NCBI GenBank assembly: GCA_021734025.1
Contig: JAIPJS010000017.1
Span: 6,165 to 70,164, forward strand
Source: Fidelibacterota bacterium
GTDB lineage: Bacteria > Fidelibacterota > JAANXI01
Length of the DNA stretch: 64,000 nucleotides
Direction: 5' to 3'
In this document: positions 9,762-19,543 of the stretch, piece after piece
Numbering within the stretch: the stretch's first letter is position 1
Layout: the number at the start of each line of letters is the position of its first letter
The notes under the pieces: model-generated
Databases searched by the model: none
The model's input: only the letters and a program-made list of their open reading frames with translations
What the model was told of the DNA's origin: nothing
Made by a program: the position numbers and the translations under genes

Positions 9762-10439
9762 ATGAAAATGGAACGGAGAAAATTTGCCGTTATCTTTGAT
9801 ATGGATGGCGTGATAGTCGATAGCAATCCCGCCCACAAGGAGGCGATCCAGCGGTTTCTTCAGCGTCATGATCAATCCCTGTCCGACAACGAATTGCGGG
9901 AAAAGGTGTATGGACGAACCAACCGAGACTGGCTCCGGAATACCTTCAACGGTATTACCGAAGAGCAGATAGCCGAATATATCGACGAGAAAGAGGCCAT
10001 TTTCCGGGAGATATTTGCCGGCGATATCCGACCGCTGCCCGGTTTGCAAGAATTTTTGGATTCGTTGCAGGGAATGCAGGTCCCGATGGCCGTCGGAACA
10101 TCGGCCCCACAGGTAAATGCGGACTGGGTGCTGAATCAAACCGGATTACGTGAATATTTCGAGGTAGTCCTGCAGGCGGAAGACGTGACGCATGGGAAGC
10201 CCCACCCCGAGATGTATCTGAAAAGTGCCTGGGCATTAGGGATGAGACCGGAAGATTGTATAATTTTTGAGGATTCCGTCTCCGGAATTGAGGCCGGTCG
10301 CCGTGCCGGCGGCACGGTGATAGGCGTGACAACCACGCATTCCAGAGAAGAGATGGCGGCTACTGCTTTCGTTATTTCCGATTTCACAGAAATCACTCCG
10401 GAGCAATTGCCGGAAATTGTACATGAACCCCGGAATTAA
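9762..10439 (+). CDS. HAD-superfamily hydrolase (subfamily IA, phosphatase/beta-phosphoglucomutase-like)
   Basis: Motif I AVIFDMDGV near N-terminus, later HAD motifs (GTSAP, IFEDSVSGIEAG); start chosen at ATG rather than upstream TTG. Confidence 0.85.
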   Translation: MKMERRKFAVIFDMDGVIVDSNPAHKEAIQRFLQRHDQSLSDNELREKVYGRTNRDWLRNTFNGITEEQIAEYIDEKEAIFREIFAGDIRPLPGLQEFLDSLQGMQVPMAVGTSAPQVNADWVLNQTGLREYFEVVLQAEDVTHGKPHPEMYLKSAWALGMRPEDCIIFEDSVSGIEAGRRAGGTVIGVTTTHSREEMAATAFVISDFTEITPEQLPEIVHEPRN

Positions 10440-10454
10440 ACTATTACGACTGCA

Positions 10455-11333
10455 GTGGATAATCACACGCTCATAATATATTTATCAGTCATCGTGCCCG
10501 CAGGCATACTGATCTTGTGGTGGCTGCGCCGGTACTTTTCCAGTCTGGAGTCACGGCGCCTTACCAGGTTAGACCGGGTTGAAGGATTCAACCCGGTAGA
10601 AACCGAGACGCCTTTACGGAATTCGGTGACCTCGGCTAGAGAAAATGCCCAGGAAAGTATGCAGGCCCGCTATACAGTCATCCGCCGAACGTTCCTGATT
10701 ACAGTCTTTATTGTCTGGGTGGTGGCGCTGCTCTTTCCGTTTCTCGGGAGCATTCCCGCAACGCTGGTTTCCGGATTGGCTGCCGCAACGGCTGTCATCA
10801 TTGGAATTGCAGCCCGTCCGTTTGTGGAAAACCTGATCTCGGGGATCGTCATTTCGCTTTCCCGACAATTGCGGACCGGAGACACCATCGTTATCGATGA
10901 CAGTTACGGCACGGTGGAGGATATCACGCCCACTCATACCATTATCAAACTCTGGGACTGGCGCCGGCACATTATCCCGAACAGCAAAATGCTCAGCAAA
11001 GATTTTATTAATTATACCATCACCGATCAGTATATCTGGGAGCACGTGGAGTTTTGGGTGTCGCCGGAAGCGGATCTTGAACAGGTGGAAACTATTGCCA
11101 GAGATGTCGCCAGAGGGAGCGAATTCTGTGCAGGATACGAAGAGCCCCGGTTCTGGACGATGGGAATGGATAAGGACAGCCTGAAGTGCTGGGTGGCCGC
11201 CTGGGCGGATTCGCCGCCGGACGCCTGGAGCTTGAAGACCGATATCAGAAAGGGGTTAACCCGTGAATTTCAGAACGTCGGAATCAAGTTCCACCAGAAT
11301 TGGCATCAGTGGAAGGCTGAACCGGACATCTGA
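10455..11333 (+). CDS. mechanosensitive ion channel family protein (MscS-like)
   Basis: N-terminal TM helices then MscS-like beta domain (GDTIVIDDSYGTVEDITPTHTIIKLWDWRRHIIPNS). Confidence 0.8.
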   Translation: MDNHTLIIYLSVIVPAGILILWWLRRYFSSLESRRLTRLDRVEGFNPVETETPLRNSVTSARENAQESMQARYTVIRRTFLITVFIVWVVALLFPFLGSIPATLVSGLAAATAVIIGIAARPFVENLISGIVISLSRQLRTGDTIVIDDSYGTVEDITPTHTIIKLWDWRRHIIPNSKMLSKDFINYTITDQYIWEHVEFWVSPEADLEQVETIARDVARGSEFCAGYEEPRFWTMGMDKDSLKCWVAAWADSPPDAWSLKTDIRKGLTREFQNVGIKFHQNWHQWKAEPDI

Positions 11334-11883
11334 ATGACGCAGGCCCGTTTCACAAAGACGGTAGACTTTTCCTGAGAAAGTTTGACTCACTACCGCGAAT
11401 CAAACAAATGCATTAGACTCCGAAAGATACAGCAATCTTTGGTAGCCGTCTAAGATAACGCGGAAGGGTATGTCGCTGTTCGTCAAGCAACTCTGGATTG
11501 TCCGGGTTCATTTTTGACAATAAAAACGCTCATAAAACGATTTTTCCTGGCTTATTCGCTCCGGAATACGATATATTAGAACTGTATGCAAGCAGTAATA
11601 ACCCAATTCTTTCCTTGTTAATTGGAGCGGAAAAATGCACAACCAGTCTCACGAGACTCCCAAATCCGATCGGGAACCCCTCTTGGCTCAGTGCGGTAAG
11701 GAAGTAGTGTGTCAGGCAGTGCGCTCTGGAATTTCGGGGCTTTACGAATGTAATTCCGACAGGGACGGTGAATGTGAGTATGCACTTTCGTTCGGATATT
11801 CGTATTACTGCCGATGCCCCTATCTTACCAGAGATTAGGCAGAAAGTTTTTAGGAGTTTAACACTCTGGTACCAGATCTAATG

Positions 11884-11930
11884 AAAAAACCGCCGAATCC
11901 AAACGGTCTGGATCCGGCGGTTATCTTTTT
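11884..11930. terminator. bidirectional rho-independent terminator candidate
   Basis: Inverted repeat ACCGCCGAATCC..GGATCCGGCGG flanked by A-run on one side and T-run on the other; sits between convergent units, 46 bp downstream of trx stop. Confidence 0.5.
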
Positions 11931-11976
11931 GCCAATTAGAGTAATACAATTGGCAGGGGGATTTTAATTATGTGGC

Positions 11977-12354
11977 TTAATTTGCCATCTCGGTGACCGG
12001 TTGAATCCCGAATACATCGTTAATAGCCTGCACGAAGGTTTCCTTCGGCAGGGCGCCAGTCGCCATCTGTGGTTGTCCTTCGGTCGGTACGAAGAGTAAG
12101 GATGGAATACTCCGGATTCCAAAAACGGAAGCAAGTTCCTGTTCCTGTTCGGTATTCACCTTGTACACCTTCAGCTGCCCCTCATATTCCTCGGACAGTT
12201 CCTCAAGGACGGGAGCTACCGCCTTACACGGCGCACACCAGTCCGCCCAGAAATCTATAATTGCGGGGACGTCTCCTTCATATTCCCATTCTTCATTTTC
12301 TTCAAAGTTGAAAACCTTGGTTAAAAAATCCTGTTTTGTTAAATGTTCAGTCAT
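11977..12354 (-). CDS. trxA: thioredoxin
   Basis: 125 aa; active-site WCAPC motif in thioredoxin-fold context. Confidence 0.85.
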   Translation of the reverse strand: MTEHLTKQDFLTKVFNFEENEEWEYEGDVPAIIDFWADWCAPCKAVAPVLEELSEEYEGQLKVYKVNTEQEQELASVFGIRSIPSLLFVPTEGQPQMATGALPKETFVQAINDVFGIQPVTEMAN

Positions 12355-12595
12355 GCTGCCTCCCAGCAGTTAGTGTCCGGTTTTTGGTTATCTCTTGGTC
12401 TTTTGATTGACGAAAAGGGAGAAGGTTACAAAAATTCAGTATCAGGGTATTTTAATAAAAAAACCGTGTGACAGTGTTACTATTAAAACCGGTCGGGCGT
12501 CTGGAGTCCTCAGTCCGTCTTTCAGCTTCCATTTCTTCCCTGTTTTACCGTATTTTCCCGTAATTCCAATCGATAGTTTTAACCTGGATATTCCA

Positions 12596-13657
12596 ATGAT
12601 GATAGTGGTCATAATTCTGGGGTGCATGGCGATTTTGTCTACGATTATTCCGATCTTGGATCGGGATGCCTGGTGGATTCGGATCTTCGATTTCCCCCGG
12701 ATACAAATCATTGTGATTGCGCTCGCCCTTCTGATTGCGTTTATACCATGGTGGGATCGGAGAAATATTCCCGACAATATATTTATGGGGCTGTTAGCAA
12801 TTGCGATGGTCTATCAAATTATCCATATGTTGCCGTATACATCGTTGTGGAAAAAGCAGGTACTGAATCCCAGGGATGGTGAGATCGGGGAGACCATCAG
12901 CCTCCTGGTGACCAATATTCTCATGACAAACCGGAACGGCGATCTGTATCGTGAACTCCTGACAAGGGTAAATCCGGATGTGCACCTGATATTGGAAGCC
13001 GACACATGGTGGGAAGAGGAATTGCGGGAAACCGAAGACCTGTTTTCCGACTATGTACTCTATCCGCTTGAGAATACCTACGGTATGCTCCTCTATTCCA
13101 AACTGCCGCTGGAGGAAGTGGAGGTAAAATTGTTAGCGGAGTCCGACATTCCGTCCATCCATGCTAAGGTCGTTTTGCCGGGAGGCGGCAGAGTTCAGCT
13201 CCATTGTGTCCATCCCCGGCCACCGGGCCACGGAAAGAATCCGAACACCACTCATCGCGATGCAGAGCTGTTAGCTGTCGCTCGGGAGGTTTCGAAGTCA
13301 GATTTACCGGCCATCGTCACAGGCGACTTTAACGACGTGGCATGGTCGTATACCACCACGCTGTTCCAGCGAATCAGCGGACTGCTTGACCCCAGGGTCG
13401 GCCGGGGCTTGTACAGTACCTATCATGCAGGATATCCGTTTTTTCGCTTCCCGCTCGATCATATATTTCATTCACACCATTTCAGGATTCAGACATTCAG
13501 GCGGTTGCAATACATCGGCTCCGACCATTTTCCGCTCTACGCAGAGTTGCGCTATGTTGGAGGTGATGATATTCAAGAAGCGATTGTCGTACTGGAAGAA
13601 CACCAGGAAGCCATGCAGGAAAAATTGCGCAAAGTTGAGTTAATTGATGAATTTTAA
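12596..13657 (+). CDS. endonuclease/exonuclease/phosphatase (EEP) family protein, membrane-anchored
   Basis: N-terminal TM helices then EEP-like catalytic region (..LILEADTWWEE.., ..TGDFNDVAWS.., ..GSDHFPLYAEL); supplied ORF extends upstream to 12407 but ATG 12596 precedes the first TM helix. Confidence 0.7.
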   Translation: MMIVVIILGCMAILSTIIPILDRDAWWIRIFDFPRIQIIVIALALLIAFIPWWDRRNIPDNIFMGLLAIAMVYQIIHMLPYTSLWKKQVLNPRDGEIGETISLLVTNILMTNRNGDLYRELLTRVNPDVHLILEADTWWEEELRETEDLFSDYVLYPLENTYGMLLYSKLPLEEVEVKLLAESDIPSIHAKVVLPGGGRVQLHCVHPRPPGHGKNPNTTHRDAELLAVAREVSKSDLPAIVTGDFNDVAWSYTTTLFQRISGLLDPRVGRGLYSTYHAGYPFFRFPLDHIFHSHHFRIQTFRRLQYIGSDHFPLYAELRYVGGDDIQEAIVVLEEHQEAMQEKLRKVELIDEF

Positions 13658-13723
13658 GTATCGGATTGGTTTTCGGAGGGCATCATCAGTAAAGGTCAAT
13701 ACTCATCAACCAGTGGAGCACTA

Positions 13724-14122
13724 ATGAAGCTAACAATTGCACTCATCACTATTTTGACTGACAATTTCGGGAAGATGTCTAAGTTTTATCAGGATGTAAT
13801 AGGGTTTACGACTAAACTGAAGATGGACCAATACTGCGAATTCGAGAGTCCGGGAGTTCGGTTTGCCATCTGTGACCGATCAGTAATGGCCCAAGCGACC
13901 GGGGCCGACAGCTATAATCGAACAGCATCCGGCCACGCGTTTGAGCTGGCCTTCCATGTGGATTTACCTGAAGAAGTGGATAAAGAATACCGGCGCTTGG
14001 TGCAGAGCGGTGCCACAGGAATTAAACCGCCGACCGACATGCCGTGGGGACAACGCACTGGATTTTTCGCCGATCCGGATGACAATATCCATGAAATATT
14101 CGCTGCCATCGAGACCAATTAA
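13724..14122 (+). CDS. VOC family protein (glyoxalase/bleomycin resistance fold)
   Basis: 132 aa with paired beta-alpha-beta-beta-beta module features (ELAFHVD.., ..GFFADPDDNIHEIF). Confidence 0.75.
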   Translation: MKLTIALITILTDNFGKMSKFYQDVIGFTTKLKMDQYCEFESPGVRFAICDRSVMAQATGADSYNRTASGHAFELAFHVDLPEEVDKEYRRLVQSGATGIKPPTDMPWGQRTGFFADPDDNIHEIFAAIETN

Positions 14123-14140
14123 ACTGACCTGGAGGATAAT

Positions 14141-14791
14141 ATGAGCAGATTTAATAGTATCGGAGGATACTTTAATGTTCTCGGTGAGGGGCGGACGTAT
14201 CTGAACCTGATGTACCTGATTTTGTCCTTTCCGCTGGGCCTGGTCTATTTTGTTATGCTAACGGTTGGGATTTCGCTTGGGATAGGGTTGTTGATTATCT
14301 GGATAGGGATTGCAATCCTGGCTGGAGTATTGGCTGCCGCATGGGCTGCCACGATCTTCGAACGATATCTCACTGAGTCGCTACTCGGTATCCGGATTCA
14401 CCGGGAGCCGCCCGCACCATCGCGCCAGTCATCTCCCTGGGAGCGTATTCGAAGTCATCTGACCAACCCGGAGACATGGAAAGGGCTCCTCTTTCTCGGA
14501 CTGAAATTTCCACTGGGGATAGCATCGTTCGTGATAAGCATCACCCTGGTCAGTATCGCCGGTGGGCTGCTCGCTGCTCCATTTACCTATAACAGTTTAG
14601 ATTATCAATTCAGTGGCTGGGAACTGAATTCTATGAACGAGGCGATGCTACTTTTCCTCCTTGGAATCATTATTTCTCCCCTATTTTTACACATCCTGAA
14701 TATCATTGCAACCGCATACGGTACCATCGCCAAATCACTGTTAGGGACTGCGCCTGTCCCGGAGCGTCGCCGAGAGGAGCCGGAAGCATGA
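14141..14791 (+). CDS. hypothetical integral membrane protein
   Basis: Multiple hydrophobic helices; overlaps next gene start. Confidence 0.55.
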   Translation: MSRFNSIGGYFNVLGEGRTYLNLMYLILSFPLGLVYFVMLTVGISLGIGLLIIWIGIAILAGVLAAAWAATIFERYLTESLLGIRIHREPPAPSRQSSPWERIRSHLTNPETWKGLLFLGLKFPLGIASFVISITLVSIAGGLLAAPFTYNSLDYQFSGWELNSMNEAMLLFLLGIIISPLFLHILNIIATAYGTIAKSLLGTAPVPERRREEPEA

Positions 14792-15495
14792 GTATGCATC
14801 CCATGGTACAATATCTCATTGAGGAGATGGAAAGAAACCGGGATCCGGAGAAGGCGAAACCGATGCAAGCGTACATGAAGACGGACCAACCCTTCTATGG
14901 AATTCAGGCAAAACCCAGGCGGGAAATTTTTCGCAAAGCAAAGCGAAAATTTCCCATCGATTCCAGAGAAGAGTGGGAGCAGGTGGGCCGGCAGTTGTGG
15001 ACTGGAGAGCATCGCGAGGAGATGTATATGGCGCTGGAGGTGGCGGAGCGCTACAAACAATTCCGGGACGAGGAGGCCATGCCCCTGTTCGAATATCTGG
15101 CGGAAACGGCGCCACACTGGGATACGCTGGACTGGATTGCCGGGAAACTTATCAGCAGTTTGATACTTGCGCATCGTGAATTTGAGTCTAAACTCAGGGA
15201 ATGGCGGGAATCGGAGAATTTGTGGATGCGTCGGGCATCTCTGCTGGCGCATTTAAAACACAAGGAAGAGACCAATACGGAGTTGTTGGCAAAATCCGTT
15301 CTATTGCTGGCTCACGAGGATGAATTCTTTATCAGGAAGGCGATTGGATGGGTCCTCCGGGACTATTCTTATGCGAACCCGGACTGGGTGCAGGAGTTCG
15401 TAGATAAACATGCGGCAGAACTCTCGGGACTGAGCAGGCGGGAAGCACTGAAAAAGATCAACCGGGATCGGAAAAAGCAAAAAACAAAGCAATAG
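14788..15495 (+). CDS. DNA alkylation repair protein (AlkC/AlkD-like HEAT-repeat family)
   Basis: Characteristic C-terminal segment FFIRKAIGWVLRDYSYANPDWV. Confidence 0.75.
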   Translation: MSMHPMVQYLIEEMERNRDPEKAKPMQAYMKTDQPFYGIQAKPRREIFRKAKRKFPIDSREEWEQVGRQLWTGEHREEMYMALEVAERYKQFRDEEAMPLFEYLAETAPHWDTLDWIAGKLISSLILAHREFESKLREWRESENLWMRRASLLAHLKHKEETNTELLAKSVLLLAHEDEFFIRKAIGWVLRDYSYANPDWVQEFVDKHAAELSGLSRREALKKINRDRKKQKTKQ

Positions 15496-15540
15496 AATTT
15501 CGATGGATGTTAGGCCACAAACAAACGAAAGGACGAATGC

Positions 15541-16548
15541 GTGGAGTGGGTAAAAAATATTTTCGTCAATACTGCCGAAAACCGGGCCCGGATGTTTTGG
15601 CGGATTTCGGTGCAGCTCGGGCTGTTTGTACTGTTCTCATTTTTGGCCAGTATTGTTCTGACATTCGCTTACAGGAAGATGGCAGACGTGGAAGCGGGCG
15701 CGTCGGTCTCCCAGAGCCAGTTGATGGAATTCGTGGTCAATAATCTGTATGCCATGTCATTATATACACTGCTCACCGGTGGGGCAATCTGCGTAAGCGT
15801 CTGGGTTGCTATCCGTATAATGGACCGGCGGAGGATTGCAGATTACGGACTCAATCTTTCCAAACGATGGTGGGAGGAATTCTGGTTTGGAATACTAGTA
15901 GGGGGCGGGCTCATAGCGTTGGTGTTTGGATTCGAACTCGCCGCGGGTTGGATCACGGTTGATGCAGTGCTCGCCGGAAGTCCGGGGAAAATTGTCGCCG
16001 GACTAACCGTCTTGGCGTTTAACTTTATCTTTGTAGGGTTTTATGAAGAGTTCATCAGCCGGGGATACCACCTGACGAACTTCGCCCAGGGATTTCGCGG
16101 AATACTGGGCGCACGCGGATCGATACTGCTGGGGATGGTTTTATCGGCGGGAATCTTCGGAATAGCTCATATCGGGAATCCGGAGGCCACCGTCATGACC
16201 TCCGTAAATATTATGGTGGTCGGAGTGATATTATTAGGACTCGGATACGTTTTTACGGGCAGACTGGCTATTCCCATCGGGATGCACATCACCTGGAATT
16301 TTTTCCAGGGGGCGGTGTTCGGGTTCCCCGTGAGCGGCAGAACAGGCAGCTGGGCAAAGGTGTTCACTATTACCCAGCACGGAAACCCTGTCTGGACCGG
16401 CGGTAAATTTGGCCCGGAAGGCGGACTGATTGGTACCATTGCGGTTCTGATTGGAGCGGGGGTTATAATCTGGTGGCTCAAATACAAAGATGGGAAGGTT
16501 GGGCTCGCAACCGAAATTGCCCGTTATGAACAGACAGATGAACTATAA
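15541..16548 (+). CDS. CPBP family intramembrane metalloprotease (CAAX protease / Abi-like)
   Basis: Polytopic membrane protein with EEFISRG and FGIAH motifs matching CPBP conserved motifs. Confidence 0.8.
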   Translation: MEWVKNIFVNTAENRARMFWRISVQLGLFVLFSFLASIVLTFAYRKMADVEAGASVSQSQLMEFVVNNLYAMSLYTLLTGGAICVSVWVAIRIMDRRRIADYGLNLSKRWWEEFWFGILVGGGLIALVFGFELAAGWITVDAVLAGSPGKIVAGLTVLAFNFIFVGFYEEFISRGYHLTNFAQGFRGILGARGSILLGMVLSAGIFGIAHIGNPEATVMTSVNIMVVGVILLGLGYVFTGRLAIPIGMHITWNFFQGAVFGFPVSGRTGSWAKVFTITQHGNPVWTGGKFGPEGGLIGTIAVLIGAGVIIWWLKYKDGKVGLATEIARYEQTDEL

Positions 16549-16584
16549 ATATGATAACAGCCCGGTATAAGGTCCCTGGATAGT

Positions 16585-17370
16585 ATGGTAACTGATTTAT
16601 TCGGACTTCTCGGACAACTTGGAGTAATTATCTTTGCGTACGTTACGGTGATATTCGCAATCGCTGTATGGCGAAAAGATAACGGCATTATGGATGTCGC
16701 TTGGGGACTTGGATTCGTGATTATCGCAGGGTACACGTTGTTCACCACAGGAGAATTCCATGTTCGGCAAATCCTGGTGACGCTGTTGACGGTAATATGG
16801 GGAAGCCGGTTGTCGCTGCATATCTATGTCCGGAACCGGCGGAAGTCCTCGGAAGACTTCCGCTATCGGAACTGGCGCGAGCGCTGGGGAAGGTGGGTGT
16901 ACCTCCGGAGCTATTTACAGGTGTTTCTACTCCAGGGATTTTTGATGATCGTCTTTACCGTGCCGGTAATCTTCATAAACAAATTTTCCGGCCCGGGATT
17001 AATTGTAGCCGATTACGTGGGAATGATTATCTGGTTTACAGGATTCCTGCTCGAATCTGTTGCCGATTTTCAGTTGCTGCGGTTTAAATCGAATTCGGAG
17101 AACCAGGGCGAAATCATGACCCGTGGATTATGGCAGTATTCCAGGCATCCGAATTATTTTGGCGAGTCCCTCTTATGGTGGGGTATTTGGGGAATGGCAT
17201 TATCAGTAAATGGCGGCCTGTATACGGTGGTGAGTCCGGTTCTGTTAACCTTTTTTTTGTTGCGAATCTCCGGCGTGCCAATGCTAGAGGACAAGTATAA
17301 AGGTAATCCTGACTACCGGGAATACCGTGAACGGACAAATACGTTTATTCCATGGTTCCCTAAAGGATGA
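16585..17370 (+). CDS. DUF1295 / steroid 5-alpha-reductase-like membrane protein
   Basis: Polytopic membrane protein with C-terminal ..YSRHPNYFGESLLWWG.. motif typical of this superfamily. Confidence 0.75.
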   Translation: MVTDLFGLLGQLGVIIFAYVTVIFAIAVWRKDNGIMDVAWGLGFVIIAGYTLFTTGEFHVRQILVTLLTVIWGSRLSLHIYVRNRRKSSEDFRYRNWRERWGRWVYLRSYLQVFLLQGFLMIVFTVPVIFINKFSGPGLIVADYVGMIIWFTGFLLESVADFQLLRFKSNSENQGEIMTRGLWQYSRHPNYFGESLLWWGIWGMALSVNGGLYTVVSPVLLTFFLLRISGVPMLEDKYKGNPDYREYRERTNTFIPWFPKG

Positions 17371-17428
17371 TGCAGTTGTTGGAGGGGAATGGGGAACACA
17401 AACACTATAACACTGTCGTAATGTGATC

Positions 17429-17465
17429 CATATCAACTTGATATGTTCTATATCAATTGGATATG
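17429..17465 (+). promoter_or_regulatory. paired inverted-repeat sites (CATATCAA-N-TTGATATG and ATATC-N5-GATAT)
   Basis: Perfect 8-bp-arm palindrome at 17429-17445 and related site at 17449-17463, about 150-180 bp upstream of the DUF4097 gene; third CATATCAATTG copy at 17546. Confidence 0.35.
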
Positions 17466-17610
17466 AAAATCGCCACATTTTAGAATTTTTTTGATATATA
17501 TAAGTGGTTGAAATATAGCGATTTACTTATTAAAAAAATAGAATGGCATATCAATTGTAATACTCTATGCAGCAACAGAGAATTTTTTATCTTTTATACA
17601 AAGGGGAAAG

Positions 17611-18630
17611 ATGATGAATACAACACAAAAATTTTTCATTACAGTTGGGGCAGGTATCGCGCTAATGCTGGTGATAATGACGACCCAGGCATGCGCGGAC
17701 GTCAGACAGACAGTGGATAAGCAGTTTTCGGTGGACGCTGGCGGAACGCTCATTATCGATAGCGACCGGGGCTCCATTGAGATAAAAACAGTGGAAGAAA
17801 ATGAAGTGAAGGTCTCGGTTATCTACGAAGCGGATGTAATGAGTGAGCAAAAGGCCGAATCGATTTTTGAAGATTTCGTGGTGGACTTTTCGCAAAAGGG
17901 GAATAATGTAATTATCTCAGGCAAAGTGGATAAAGATCTGTTAGGAATATTTGATGGGAATAATCGATTGCGGATAAAGTATAAGGTGACCGTTCCGGAA
18001 CGATTTAACGCCGAACTGGCCACCGCCGGAGGCAGCATTATCGTTGGTGATCTTCACGGGAAATTGCAGGCGAAGACGGCTGGCGGCAGCCTGGATTTTG
18101 GAAATATCACGGGGAAAGTAGACGGAAAAACCGCCGGCGGGAGTATTAAAATGCAAAGCGCAGGCGATGATGTGGACCTCAAAACGGCTGGGGGCAGCAT
18201 CACAGTCGGACCAGTCAATGGAGACGCTGAAGCCATAACCTCCGGAGGGTCGGTTCGGATTGGTGAGGTGTCGGGTACGTTGGTGGCGCATACGTCCGGT
18301 GGCAGTATTTCCATCGATGGTGTTGGCGGTTCGATCGATGCAAAAGCATCCGGTGGATCGATTCGGGCTTCGGTGACGGAACAGCCTAAAGACGATTGCC
18401 AGCTGACAACGTCCGGAGGTAGCATTTCGGTCAGTCTGCCGGAAAATATCGGTCTGAATATTAAGGCCAGGACCTACGGTGGAAAAGTCAGTACCGACCT
18501 GCCTATTACAGTGCGCGGTGAAATCTCCAAGTCCCATATTGAGGGCACTCTGAACGGTGGTGGGCCTGCGATGATACTAGAAACCTCAGGCGGGAATATC
18601 TCAATTACAAAGAGCAAAGAACTGCTCTGA
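17611..18630 (+). CDS. DUF4097-like secreted beta-strand repeat protein (putative adhesin fold)
   Basis: Signal peptide; many tandem repeats of the type TAGGSI.. / TSGGSI.. roughly every 19-20 residues. Confidence 0.75.
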   Translation: MMNTTQKFFITVGAGIALMLVIMTTQACADVRQTVDKQFSVDAGGTLIIDSDRGSIEIKTVEENEVKVSVIYEADVMSEQKAESIFEDFVVDFSQKGNNVIISGKVDKDLLGIFDGNNRLRIKYKVTVPERFNAELATAGGSIIVGDLHGKLQAKTAGGSLDFGNITGKVDGKTAGGSIKMQSAGDDVDLKTAGGSITVGPVNGDAEAITSGGSVRIGEVSGTLVAHTSGGSISIDGVGGSIDAKASGGSIRASVTEQPKDDCQLTTSGGSISVSLPENIGLNIKARTYGGKVSTDLPITVRGEISKSHIEGTLNGGGPAMILETSGGNISITKSKELL

Positions 18631-18667
18631 TTTTCAGTCTCCAGGTTCTGGGAGGTATTCATTAAAT

Positions 18668-18698
18668 GATGCCCCGGCGCGCCGGGGCATTTTTTTTG
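18668..18698 (+). terminator. rho-independent terminator
   Basis: GC-rich perfect hairpin ATGCCCCGGCGCGCCGGGGCAT followed by a run of 8 T, 38 bp after the DUF4097 stop. Confidence 0.85.
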
Positions 18699-18766
18699 GG
18701 CTCCAGGTCTTCAACTATGGCTCTGTATTTACCTGCCAATCTGCGGACGTGTCACGAAGTGGGTTA

Positions 18767-18783
18767 ATAGAATATTATTCTAT
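18767..18783 (+). promoter_or_regulatory. palindromic operator ATAGAATATTATTCTAT (same family as the tetR operators)
   Basis: Perfect 17-bp palindrome, upstream of the DUF1761 gene. Confidence 0.45.
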
Positions 18784-18941
18784 AGAGTATCTATAATCAA
18801 TAAAACACTTTCCCTCATCAGGCAAATAGACTAAATTCATCCGTCACATCTGAATTCTGCAGAATCTTCGCACCTAACACAATCAAAAAAATACGGTTCC
18901 CGGAGTTTGGGTCCGTATAATCAACCATAAAGGAGTATGTT

Positions 18942-19340
18942 ATGGATATAAATTATCTGGCAGTCGCAGTTGCCGGTGTACTCTATTACGTAATCGGTGC
19001 CGCCTGGTATTCGCCCGTCCTGTTCGCGCGGCCGTGGATGGATGCCCTGGGTTTTACCAAAGAAGATCTGGAGGATGGCGCCGGTGCCAAGGCATATATA
19101 CTAACATTCGTCAATGCACTGATTATGGCGTTCGTGCTGGCCTGCATCGTGGAAGCCTTCGGCGCCACAACTGTGTGGGCCGGACTCCAGGGCGGTTTCT
19201 GGTGCTGGTTGGGATTTGTGGCGACGACCATGGCGACGAATTCGGTGTTCGCCGGCCGGTCGCTGAAGTTGTATGCCATCGATTCCGGCTATCATCTGGT
19301 CGGCCTGTTAGTTATGGGAGGTCTGCTGGCAATCTGGTAA
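18942..19340 (+). CDS. DUF1761-like small membrane protein
   Basis: 132 aa, four hydrophobic helices; GGAG RBS upstream. Confidence 0.65.
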   Translation: MDINYLAVAVAGVLYYVIGAAWYSPVLFARPWMDALGFTKEDLEDGAGAKAYILTFVNALIMAFVLACIVEAFGATTVWAGLQGGFWCWLGFVATTMATNSVFAGRSLKLYAIDSGYHLVGLLVMGGLLAIW

Positions 19341-19458
19341 GCATCGCATTATTGTTGATCTCAATCGCCGCTGTTATCTCCGGATGGCAGCGGTGTTTTT
19401 ATATGGGCGAAGAAATTTTGCCAATATCATTGGAGGAAATTCTATTTTATCCCTATAA

Positions 19459-19475
19459 ATAGAATTTCATTCTAT
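19459..19475 (+). promoter_or_regulatory. palindromic operator ATAGAATTTCATTCTAT
   Basis: 17-bp inverted repeat, about 70-85 bp upstream of tetR start. Confidence 0.5.
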
Positions 19476-19482
19476 AAAGTTC

Positions 19483-19511
19483 TTGCATTAAATAGAATTA
19501 TATTCTACAAT
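19483..19511 (+). promoter_or_regulatory. sigma70-like promoter TTGCAT-N17-TACAAT with operator in the spacer
   Basis: -35 TTGCAT 19483-19488, 17-nt spacer containing palindrome TAGAATTATATTCTA (19493-19507), -10 TACAAT 19506-19511. Confidence 0.5.
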
Positions 19512-19543
19512 TGGCCGTATTGGAAATTTAAGGGGGCCAAACG

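Noticed and set aside
11340-11880. tmRNA, RNase P RNA, SRP RNA or riboswitch in the long convergent gap
   Set aside because: Could not find the conserved signature sequences of these RNAs by eye; left as an unclassified possible sRNA or small ORF
12407-12595. Upstream extension of the EEP ORF as given in the ORF track
   Set aside because: Extension has no RBS and reads as non-protein-like sequence; ATG 12596 directly precedes the first TM helix
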